From NCBI RefSeq assembly GCF_006345805.1, contig NC_043022.1, positions 7,626,001 to 7,690,000 of the forward strand: DNA of 64,000 bases, read 5' to 3'. Source of the stretch: Octopus sinensis (Eukaryota). Of this stretch, positions 50,703 to 63,095 are shown one piece after another. Under the pieces are notes generated by a model. It had not been told where the DNA came from. It searched no databases and worked only from the letters and a program-made list of their open reading frames with translations. The position numbers and the translations under genes were made by a program. Numbering within the stretch: position 1 is the stretch's first letter; every line of letters starts with the position of its first letter.

Positions 50703-52315
50703 CTCTAAACTATTATAAACTGGCTTAAAAGCTGCTCTCCATGTGGACTTTTAAGCCAGCTCCTGTGGAGAGCTAAATAGGCCTGTGGCCCAGAACTAAA
50801 GAGGGCTAAATGGCATGACAGTAATATGTGTATAATGACCTGGAGAGGTGAGGGCTGGTATGCATGGGCAACTGCTGGTCTTCCATAAACAACCATAACC
50901 GAGCGTGGGCCTTTTGAGGGGAACTTTCTAGGTGCAACCCCATGGTCATTCATATCCGAAGGGAGTCTTTACCTTTTGTCCTATGTTACATATAATGGCA
51001 CGGAGTGAAGAGGCTGGTAAGCATGGGTGACTGTTGGTCTTTCATAAAACCACCTTGGTCAGATTTGTGCCTCAGAGGGGAACTTTCCAGGCACATCCCA
51101 TGGTCATTCCTATCCGAAGGGGGTTTTTACCCTTTGCCCTATGTACATATAATGACACGGGGAGGGAAACCCTGGTAATGTTTGATCAGAGTTAAGGACG
51201 GATGAGAATTAATTCTGTAATGCAATCATTTGTAAAATTAACGAAGTGAATGTCATTTATCATCCCCTTCATCTCCGACGTCATCTGACAAATGCCAACC
51301 AAGATGGTGTGAATCAGCCAAGCTTTACTTGCTAGAAATAGCAACCCAAATGCTTTTAAATCAGATCTCAATACTGGATATTCAAGAACCAAATGAAGGA
51401 CAGATTTTCAATCACAGGATCATCCTGATTCCAAAAAGGTATAATATGTCTATGTAGAGCAAATGTAGACAAAGATACAGAGATCCCAGACAGACAGAAT
51501 TTCGCATTTATTATTATAGAAGGAAAGAGGCACATTGCCTAGTAGTTAGAGCAGATAGACAGACAGATAGATAGACAGACAGATAGATAGACAGATAGAT
51601 AGACAGATAAATAGACAGATATATATATATAGATAGATAGATAGATAGATAGATAGACAAAACATCCAGATAGACGATACAAAAAAACAAAGACGGGTCA
51701 TTCGGAGTTTTCTTTCTTCAGTCGAGTTCCAAATTTCTCTGCAATTTCGGCTGGTTATACTCGAGATTGCTCCAATCTGGCCAGCCCCAAGAAAAAACTA
51801 AGCTAAGAGCATTAGATTCCTTGAAAGAAAGCAGTGAATGTACACGAAAACAAGGACAGAAAAAAAGGAGAAATGGTACGAATTAAATTAAGCTGGCGTG
51901 TGTGGAAGTGAAACTTTGCGGCAGGGACATAAGAGATGACAGGCATAGGGAGGAATATAGATGGTGCACGGATGGTAGTCGAACCAAGAAAGGTCAGGCT
52001 TGGTCGAACACCGGTCACGAGGAGAGAGAAGAGAGAGAGGTAGAGACAGAGGGAAAGAAGAATTAGGGAGGGACGAGAAAAAAAGAAAAAGGATTAGAGT
52101 GAAGTGAAAGAGGAGGGAAGGAGAGAATGAAGAGAAAGGCAGGAAATATGAGAGAGGGGGAACGAAAGAAAGAAGAGGGGAAAGAACGAAGTGTGAAGAG
52201 GCTGGGGTATGTGTGGGTGTATTGTGTTGTTTACCCATGTGCGTTTCATCATGACTTTCCACTTTTCCGTCCCTTTGCTTCCTTTCTTTCTCCTCTTCTC
52301 TGGACTTTTCTCAGC

Positions 52316-52350
52316 GTGTCCGACGAAGGACTTTATCCGAAACGTTATAC
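52316..52350 (+). ncRNA. Minimal type-I hammerhead ribozyme-like motif (variant core)
   Basis: GTGT-CCGACGA-A-GGA-cttta-TCC-GAAA-CG-TT-ATAC: stem I of 4 bp (one GU), stem II of 3 bp, palindromic ACGT stem III. Confidence 0.45.
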
Positions 52351-52785
52351 TCTAACTTTATAGCTTTTACTCAATAGCTTTCACTTTTTGCCTCCTTTGA
52401 GCATCACCCTAATGATATTAACAGGAGACAACCCTTGGACTTCAGTTGTCATTTATATATGACGAGCACTATGACCCGGCATTGCCAGGTCATAATGCTA
52501 GTGCATGCATATACAGCTGCATGCATGCACACATACACGCGAGTACAGTCCAAATCTCCCACCAATCACATACAGCCAGCTGGCATTCAATTGGCGTATC
52601 AAGTTTCGGGCATTTTGATTGGGTTTTGGAAAGAAAATTCACAAAAAAGTCACTTCTATTGATTTTTTAATGGCTTTGCAGGGTGACTGGGGAAATGTAA
52701 AGATGTGCACGACCACCCTTGGACGGTTTTGAATGACCATAGAAAGTGCGAGCCCTCTAACTGAAAAATTGTGGATTTGTATAAA

Positions 52786-52820
<35 letters not shown>

Positions 52821-53122
52821 TTTTGCCATTTATATATATAGATTTTATTTATGTTTCTGGCAGTCTGTTGTGTATGAACCTGAGAGAGAATGGAGGAAGA
52901 AGAGAGAATGGAGGAAGACAGTGAGAAAGAAGTAGAGATATATAGTGTTACGTTCCGTCTAAGGTGTTTGAATGTGTGAATAGATACGAGAGAGATATAG
53001 ACAGTGTTAAGTTCCATGTAAATTGTCTGACTGTCAGACGACACAATGAAAGAGAAAGAGAGAGAGAGGGACAGCGTTGTGTACAATGTCAGCTGTCTGT
53101 CGGACTGTACGTGTGTGTGTGT

Positions 53123-53162
<40 letters not shown>

Positions 53163-53907
53163 TGTATGACCAGATGTCTACATGTCAATGTGATTGATAG
53201 GCGCGGTGATATGCACACACATGTACATATGTTCGTACATATATACATATGTGTATATGTATATAAATATTCATGTACGTATTTAAACACACAAGAGGTA
53301 TCCGTCATGGGATTCCCTGCACGCTAGAAGGAACAGCTAAAATCCAAACCACTATGTATGTGTATATGTATATAAATATTCATGTACGTATGTATACATG
53401 TATGTTTATCTGTACATGTATATTTGTAAGTATATATGTATGCCTGTATGTATATATGTGTGCAAGTTAGTATGTGTATATGTAAGTATGTATATATATA
53501 TATATATATGCATATATTAGTATATGTATGTTTGTTTATATGTATTTGTGCATGTATGCATGTCTATGCATCAGTGTGTATACATATATGTGTGTGTGTG
53601 TCCGTGTTTGTGCATTCATATATATATATATATACACATACACAAATATGTATATATATTCATATGTATGTATAAATGTGTGTGAGGTTGGATACATACA
53701 CACACACACACACACATGTACGTATGCTTATATGCACGCATACACCCTTTCACATCGTACCTAATGTCGGACATACTTTGGAGAGGGGGAGGCGAAAATG
53801 GATAAGGGTCAGGGGAGGGAGAAGCAGCGGGGGAGGGGGGCGGAGAATAAAGAACAAAATTTGATAGAAAACAAACAAAAAGAAAATCAGAGAATACAAC
53901 ATGGTGT

Positions 53908-55410
53908 CTGTATGACGAGGGTGATGGTGATGATGGGGAGGAGGAGGAGGAGAAAGAGTAAAAGGATGAGGAGATGGAAGACGGGGATGAGGAGGGTGAT
54001 GGTGATGATGGGGAGGAGGAAGGTTAGAAGGATGGAGATGATGACGAGGAGGAGGATGGTGGTGGTGGTGATGACGATGAGGAGGAGGAGGAGGATGGTG
54101 GTGGTGGTGATGACGATGAGGAGGAGGAGGAGAAAGAGTAAAAGGATGAGGAGATGGAAGACGAGGATGAGGAGGGTGATGGTGATGATGGTGAGGAGGG
54201 GGAAGGTTAGAAGGATGGAGATGATGACGAGGAGGAGGAGGAGGAGGATGGTGGTGGTGATGACGATGAGGACGAGGAGGAGGAGAGTAACGATGGAGAT
54301 AGTGATGAGGAGGATGGTGAATGGTGAGGCGATGGAGAAAGGTTTAGAAGGATGGAGATGACGATGAAGAGGAGGATGGTGATGATGAGGAGTGAAATGA
54401 AGAAGATGGGGATGATGATGATGATGATGGTGAGGAGAATGAGGAGGAGAAAGGGTAAAAGGAGGAGGAGATGGAGAACGAGGATGAGGAGGGATATGGT
54501 GATGCTGGTGAGGAAGAGGAAGGTTAGAAGGATGGAGATGATGATGGTGATGAGGAGGAGGAGGAGGAGAAAGAGTAAAATGATGGAGATAATGAAGAAG
54601 AGGATGGTGAGGCGATGGAGAAAGGTTTAGAAGGATGGAGATGACAATGAAGAGGATGGTAATGATGAGGAGTGAAACGAAGAAGATGGGGATGATGATG
54701 ATGATGATGATGATGAGGAGAATGAGGAAGAGGAGGAAAGAGAAGAAAATGAGGAAGAGAAGGGTGCTGATGATGCTGGAAACACGAGCAATGATAATGG
54801 TTGAGATGATGATGACGATGATGATGATGATGATGATGATGATGACGATGACGATGATGAAGAAGGAGTGTAGAAGAAGACAAAATGAAGAAAATTTCAA
54901 TGACTGAAAGAGACTCCCAAATATTAATATTTTATTATCACGTCCTTATCCTCCTCCTCAGAAAATCCTTCCTTTCCCCCCTCGCCTACCTCACTAGAAT
55001 ATCCTAAATTTTTATTGTTTTTTTTTTTTTCATATTTTTTTGTGTTCCTTATTTTTTGAAAAAAGATAGTTTTTATCTAAAATATGCTGCTGTCAATGGT
55101 GGCGGGGGGAGGGGCGGATGGTGGTTGCACTGGTGTGGTGTGTTGGTTTTGGTGATGAGGGAGGCCTCGTTGGCGGTGATGAAGGCGATGACGATGGTGG
55201 TGGCGGTGATGACAGTAACGGTGGTGGTGGTGGTGGTGATGGTGATCGTGATCGTGGTGATGATGGCGATGATGATGATGATGATGATGATGATGGCGGT
55301 GGCTGCGGTGATGGTGATTGCTGATGGTGGTGGTGTGTTGGTTCGGTGATGACGAAGACGTCAAAGGCAGAGATGCTGGAAGTGATGATGGTGGTGGTGA
55401 TGGTAAGCAA
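53908..55410. repeat. Purine-rich GAT/GAG/GGT triplet low-complexity region with higher-order repeats
   Basis: Blocks such as agaaagagtaaaaggatgaggagatggaagacg and gaaggttagaaggatggagatg recur 3-5 times. Confidence 0.9.
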
Positions 55411-56104
55411 TGGAACCCACCCACCCGCTTCGTTGCTGTTCTTGTTGTTGTTGCTGCTGTTGTTGTTACTGTTATGGCAATAATCTAGATTAAGAATAAA
55501 ATACTCCTATAAATCACCTTACAATGGTTAAAGCAGCTCCCCCCACTCTCCCCCTTACATCACCCTCCTTACATCCTCCTCCTCCTCCTCTTCTCTCTCT
55601 CTCTCTCACTCTCTTTCCCCCTCCCAGAATAATGGTACAATCTTTTAATTGCTGGACACCAAATAAATTCTAGAATTATCCAGGACCCGCCACCCCATCC
55701 CCACCCCCAACCAAAAGACACGTGGTGTTTCTAAGATTACAGCCCCCCCCCCCGTCATCGTCATCGCACATGTGTGGAAATAAGGCTTTTCAAGAACGGG
55801 CAAAGCGGGGGGGGGAGAAAACTAGGGACCGCTTCCTTCCTTCTTTTCTTTCTTCTGTTTTTTTCCCCCTCTTTATTCATTTGACTTGTTTCAGTCATTT
55901 CACAGCGGCCATACTAGAGCACCACTTTAAGGGAGATTTTTCTTTCTTTTTTTTTTTTCAGTCGGAAAAAATCGTTCCCCAGGACTTTCCTTTGTGAGCC
56001 TAGTACTTATTCTATCAAGTCAGTTTTGCCGAACTCCATCAGTTACGGGAATGTAAACACACCAACATCGTTTGCCAAGTGGTGATGAGTTGCGAGACAA
56101 ACAC

Positions 56105-56162
<58 letters not shown>

Positions 56163-57430
56163 CTAGCAGTATCGCCCGGCGTTGCTCGGGTTTGTAAGGG
56201 AAATAACTATATAAGCATTTTTAGAGAGTTACTTCCCTTTTAGATGCCAATTCGGGCTTTCTTAGCCATGAAGTCGTTGTTCTAAAAGAACGCTGGTCTC
56301 CTTGACAACGCTTTACGACGTTGATTTCCTTACACTCCCTTCCCCACAGCTTCACGAGGGAGGGAAGAAGGGGGAGAAGCAAACAGGTGCAGGTGTGACC
56401 ATGGACGCCAACTCCGCCGCCATCGACACACGAAAATTTATGCATTAAAATGGAATAAAAAATGATGTTAAATTATTTTTTAAATCGTAGACTCATCGTA
56501 GACGCGCGCTAATAGCCAGACGGGCTCGATATGAATCACGACTATAAGATACCCGAATTTGGTTAAACTGCACCGCAAAATGTGGGAGCAGTTAGGAATC
56601 TAAATCGAAGGGGACAGACACTCACACAACTACAGTTTTATATATATACTAGCAGTATCGCCCGGCGTTGCTCGGGTTTGTAAGGGAAATAACTATATAA
56701 GCATTTTTAGAGAGTTACTTCCCTTATAGATGCCAATTCGGGCTTTCTTAGCCATTTCTGTTTTGGTGTCTTCAAGCCATGATGTCGTTGTTCTAAAAGA
56801 ACGCTGGTCTCCTTGACAACGGTTGATTTCCTTACACTCCCTTCCCCACAGCTTCACGAGGGAGGGAAGAAGGGGAAGAAGCAACACAGGTGCAGGTGTG
56901 ACCATGGACGCCAACTCCGCTGCCATCGACACACGAAAAATTATGCATTAAAATGGAATAAAAAATGATGTTAAATTATTTTTTAAATCGTAGACTCATC
57001 GTAGACGCGCGCTAATACCCAGACGGGCTCGATATGAATCACGACTATAAGATACCCGAATTTGGTTAAACTGCACCGCAAAATGTGGGAGTAGTTAGGA
57101 ATCTAAATCGAAGGGAACAGACACTCACACAACTACAGTTTTATATATATAATAATATATAGATATATATATATATATATAATATATTATATATACACGA
57201 CGGGCTTCTTTCAGTTTCCGTCTATCGAATCCACTCACAAGGCTTTGGTCAGCCCGAGGCTATAGTAGAAGACAACAGGAAGAAACAACAACGCGAGAAC
57301 GTGGTACATGCAAAGTATATATTTATATAGTTAATCCAAACATGAAAACACCAAGAGAAAACACAACAACGCGAGGACGTGGAACAAATATAGTATTATT
57401 GGACGCTCAGGAAGGAAGGGAAGAAGGAGG

Positions 57431-57465
57431 GTTTTACGTTTCGAGCTGAGCTCTTCGTCGGAAAC
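57431..57465 (-). ncRNA. Minimal type-I hammerhead ribozyme-like motif (variant core)
   Basis: Reverse complement GTTT-CCGACGA-A-GAGC-tca-GCTC-GAAA-CG-TA-AAAC: perfect 4-bp stems I and II, GUA cleavage triplet. Confidence 0.55.
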
Positions 57466-58007
57466 ATAGGAAAAGGAAAGATCCAGAGAAGGGAAGACGG
57501 AGGGGAAAAAATCGCCAACGATTCACACAGGACGACGAGGATCCCAGCTGATACGATCAACGGAACAGCCTGCTCGTGAAATTAACGTGCAAGTGACTGA
57601 GCACTCCTCAGACACGCGTACCCCTAACGTAGTTCTCAGGGAGATTCAGCGTGACACAGAGTGTGACAAGGCTTGCTCTTTGAAATACAGATACTTACTC
57701 ATTTTTGCCAGCTGAGTGGACTGGAGCAACATGAAATAAAGTGTCTTGCTCAAGGACACAACGCGTCGCCAGGAATCGAACTCACGACCTCTACATTCGT
57801 GATTCAGTTGAATTAGGTATAGCCTGCACAACGCAACAATATTCTTTGAATATTGATTATCAAGATTCCGTGTAAGAGTGTTTGTACTTAATATTCCTGT
57901 ACAACGCAACCCAGCTAAGTGAAGATATCGTCTCTTGGTAATTTCAGACATGTACTTTTTATATAAAGGTACTTTCTATAGCATTTCCAAAGTGCAGATT
58001 CCAAGTC

Positions 58008-58267
58008 CTATACAATAATATGTTACATTACTCGGTAGTCAAGATAAAACTCTGAGTTTCAGATGCCGAAGTGGAAATCCACAACACCATCTCTTCGGTT
58101 ATCTGGCTATTTGAAAACGCTATGAAAAAATACCGTTAAATAAATTTTTTCATAACGTTTTCAAATAGCCAGATAACCGAAGAGATGGTGTTGTGAATTT
58201 CCACTTCGGCATCTGAAACTCAGAGTTTTATCTTGACTATCGAGTAATGTAACATATTATTGTATAG
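58008..58267. repeat. Near-perfect inverted repeat, ~124-bp arms, ~12-nt loop
   Basis: ctatacaataatatgttacattactcg..ttgaaaacgctatgaaaaaa and its reverse complement; about 3 mismatches by eye. Confidence 0.93.
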
Positions 58268-58331
58268 ATAAATTCCTCTATTTACATAATATTGAGGTCT
58301 CTTTCTTTCTTTTGTTATCTTACCGTTTTAT

Positions 58332-58385
<54 letters not shown>

Positions 58386-58768
58386 TAAAAGCAATTAAGA
58401 TTCAAGTCAATTCTAATGAATTCACTTGAATATGGTACTTAACTTAGATGCACCAGAAAACTATATGGTGTTAACCAATACAGTAGTGTGGGGTGATTAT
58501 AAACGAGAAATTTATACTTGATAGTATAAATTATACTTCTTTTCTCGTATATATATATATATATATAATGGTCAAAACTTTTTACACAGGAACTTGGTTC
58601 GATTTGAAAACGCCACTAGAATGGGAGAAAGTGTTAATACATGATCTAAGTTATATGATGTATAAAAAGATGTAATATGCAAATAAATATCTGTAATTAT
58701 AAAACCATCCGAATTTCTGAGTATCTCATTTCTTCTAATATAAAATACCTGTACATTATCTCCAAACC

Positions 58769-58806
<38 letters not shown>

Positions 58807-59099
58807 GGTACTGTAAGTTTAGAGTGAATATTTGATAAGTGTAAGCACCTGTATATGCCAGATAGTGGCAGAGGTGAGATAATATATCAAGTATAAATTA
58901 AAAACAGAACACAAAGGATATCGCGGAACAATGCAAGAAGGTGCAAAGCAAACTACAAAAGGAAACGAAAACAAAATTGCAGTTTTACCTTGTGTTTCTA
59001 TATTTCTGAGTGAAGCCCTCGTACTTCAGGAATTTTGGCGAAAGCAATAGTTGAAAAAAGTCGTTGCTCAGGTGTGTGTGGAGGAAGGAGGAAGGTGGC

Positions 59100-59900
59100 A
59101 TGCGCAGACAGGGGTTGCTATAGCAACACCATTCTGCTCCGTGTTGTTCCTTCCTGTTGGTCATGGCTGGTCATAATTCTGAGATTTCTCTTGTTGTATT
59201 GGGTTGCCCCGACGGAAACTTTAAAATTCTGGGTTTGGCATTTCCTAAGGTGTTTGCTTAACGAAGTGTCTGTGCGTAGATGTCCCTTTATACGGACAAG
59301 CAATTTCCTGGCGGTGCTCCCTATGTAGGGTGGCCCACATTCACAGCAGACGGATCTTTTCGGTTTGACCGGCAGTTTTTAACATAATTTCTAGGTAACT
59401 AAAAAATTTTAAACTTCGTATACTGGTAGAATGTGTTTATAAAACATCTTTCTCTCTTGGCTTTATTGAGAAAATTATATAGTTTGTAAGATATTTGTTG
59501 TTTTTTTCTTCAATTTCTGCAATTTCAACCAATCAATGACGTCTATTGAGGTAAAAAAAACATTATGTGCTGTATTAATATGTCCTTCGTTTAAGCAACA
59601 GATTGGATTTATTTACATTTGTGAAGAAAAAAAGCTACCCTAACCCTAAAACAGATTGAAATGCAATAGATCGATACTAGGGTCATAATTATGGGTGACA
59701 ATTTCATATGACACCGCTAGGAAAAACTGCCGTTCAAACCGAAAAGGTCCCCGCAGACTACTTCGTAAACCGCATAAGCCCTTGAGCATGTTTTGATTGG
59801 GCAGTTGGTGAATGTGCAACCGACAGCGCACTCTGTGGTATTTTTCCTCGACAGAACTTTCTTCAGAGATAGACCGGTGTGCGCCAACTTTATGTAGAGT
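59100..59900 (-). mobile_element. Penelope-like GIY-YIG endonuclease remnant split by a MITE
   Basis: With 59352-59758 removed, the frame reads ...TNCPIKTCSRAYAVYEVVCCECGPPYIGSTARKLLVRIKGHLRTDTSLSKHL. Confidence 0.75.
59352..59752. mobile_element. ~400-bp MITE
   Basis: TIR ggatcttttcggtttgaccggcagttttt / aaaaactgccgttcaaaccgaaaaggtcc, flanked by gcagac on both sides. Confidence 0.85.
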
Positions 59901-60289
59901 CCCTCCCTGCAAATCGCTCAATGAATAGCTGTAGTTGGTGGCACTCCGTCGGTTGCGACGACGAGGTTTCCAGTCGATCCGATCAACGGAACAGCCATGC
60001 TCGTGTAATTAACGTGCAAGTGGCTGAGCACTCCACAGACACGTCGTGTACCCTTAACGTAGTTCTCTGGCAGATTCAGCATGGCACAGAGTGTGACAAG
60101 GCTGGTCCTTTAAAGTACAAGTAGAACAGAAACAGGAAGAAAGAGTAAGAGGTGAAAGATTACAGCAGGGTTTGCTACCACCCCCTGTTGGGGTTTGCTA
60201 CCACAACGCCGGGTCTGAGAATCGAAACCACGATCCTACGTGCCCTAACCACTGTTGTTATTCTGTTGTTATCCTCCATCCGATTGCGC

Positions 60290-60590
60290 TCAAATTTGAT
60301 ATGTAGATACCGACGGTATCAGGGCGTGTATAAGTTTTCGAAAAGTTTTCATCATTCTCGACACAATCAAGTTCTTGTGCAACTGAGATCCGAGTGTCTA
60401 TTTGGTCAGCTGAAGGCAATATAGGCGCAGGAGTGGCTGTGTGGTAAGTCGCTTGCTTACCAACCACATGGTTCCACGGGTTCAGTCCCACTGCGTGGCA
60501 CCTTGGGCAAGTGTCTTCTGCTATAGCCTCGGTCCGACCAAAGCCTTGTGAGTGGATTTGGTAGACGGAAACTGAAAGAAGCCCGTCGTG

Positions 60591-60635
<45 letters not shown>

Positions 60636-61330
60636 CGCAGGAGTGGCTGTGTGGTAAGTCGCTTGCTTACCAATCACATGGCTCCGGGTTCAGTCCCACT
60701 GCGTAGCACCTTGGGCAAGTGTCTTCTACTATAGCCTCGGGCCGACCAAAGCCTTGTGAGTGGATTTGGTAGACGGAAACTGAAAGAAGCCCGTTGTATA
60801 TATATATGTATATGCGTGTGTGTGTTTGTGTGTCTGTATTTGTCCCCTAGCTTTGCTTGACAACCGATGCTGGTGTGTTTATGTCCCCGTTACTTAGCGG
60901 TTCGGTAAAAGATACCGATAGAATAAGTCCCGATTAAAGGCGGTGCTCCAGCATGGCCGCAGTCAAATGACTGAAACAAGTAAAAGAGTAAAAGAGAGAG
61001 AGTAAGACACGTGTCTCTACCCAAATCTTCAGTGATAATGGACTGAACTGAACCGTAACAAATCTGCACATCCTCTGATAACTCTCGGATGGCGATTCAA
61101 CGATTTTCCCTCACAGCTGCACGTACATCCAGTCTTGATGATTGCGATTCTCCAAGAACTTTCGTCACTATCGACATGTTTTCGGCCATCTTGGAAACGT
61201 TTGAACCACTCGTACACTTGTGTGCGACTTGTCAATGATGATGCTTCTCTATATCAGTTGAGGCTCAATTTATCTACGAATGCGTTCAATAGTAGATACA
61301 TTTTATTGATGATGCGCAATGACACAGAGA
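60290..61330 (-). mobile_element. Mariner-like transposase remnant interrupted by SINE-B copies
   Basis: 61235-61100 reads SRTQVYEWFKRFQDGRKHVDSDESS (HTH). 60418-60330 reads LPSADQIDTRISVAQEL.DCVENDENFSK (pre-catalytic segment). The two parts are collinear around SINE 60423-61000. Confidence 0.7.
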
Positions 61331-61525
61331 TTCGGATTTAGCCACACTACTACCAGTGCTAGACGCTTCTCGTCTGCTACTGATGCACTTTTTTAACTCT
61401 ATACCTCCATATGCGATGCTTTCTCAAGACACAAACTGCAGTTTTTCTGGCTTTCTACATCAAATCCATGTTAAGTACGTTATAGAGAATGCTATACTGA
61501 ACCAGTTCTGCTTCCTTTACTAATA

Positions 61526-62050
<525 letters not shown>

Positions 62051-63053
62051 AATAAGAAAATCAGCTAGTTAGAAAATTCCTAAGAGATGAAAGCAGTACA
62101 GTAACCACCTCACCATATCGCGGTTTATTATTCAAGCTTACGTTAATTCCTCCGTGATGTTTTGCGTTTATAATAAAATATACTCTTTTACTCTTTTACT
62201 CATTTCAGTCATTTGACTGTGGCCATGCTGGAGCACCGCCTTTTTTAGTCGAGCAAATCGACCCCAGGACTTATTCTTTGTAAGCCTAGTACTTATTCTA
62301 TCGGTCACTTTTGCCGAACCGCTAAATTACGGGGACGTAAACACACCAGTATCGGTAGTCAAGCGATTTTGGGGGGACAAACACAGACACACAAACATAT
62401 ACACACACATATACATATATATATACATACATATATACGATGGGCTTCTTTCAGTTTCTGTTTACTGAATCCACTCACAAGGCTTTGGTCAGCTCAAGGC
62501 TATAGTAGAAGACACTTGCCCAAGGTGCCACTCAGTGGGAATGAACCCGTCAGTAGTTGAAGCCATTATTTCGGTCTAGCTAAAAGGCATCTGGAAATTG
62601 TAAAACTGCTGTCAGAGAAAAACCATTGATCCACCGTGGGAAAAGTTCTGTAGAAGTGTTAGTTTAAATTTGGCTATAGCGGATCGGATATCGAATCCAC
62701 TTCATGCATGCAAGATTCGTTACACATATATATAAAATACAAAATGGGACAAGAACGCAAAACATCCAAATAGGCGATACAAAAACCACGGGCGGGTCAT
62801 TCGAATCTTCAGTCAAGAACCGTGTCATCCTCGCAATTTCGGCTGATTAATCTTGAGATTGCTCCAATCTAGCCAGCCCCAAGGAAAAACTAAGCTAAGA
62901 GCATTAGATTCCTTGGAAAAAGGATCGAATATATACGAAACAAGGACAGAAAAACAGACGATGTTACACGAATATAAATACAAAAAAAAAACAAAAATAA
63001 TACGAATATAAATACAAAAAACACACAATAATATATACATATATATATAACAC

Positions 63054-63095
<42 letters not shown>

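Noticed and set aside
53798-55424. Met/Arg-, His- or Asp/Gly-rich ORFs
   Set aside because: Triplet low-complexity sequence in multiple frames on both strands, with no domain or splice support.
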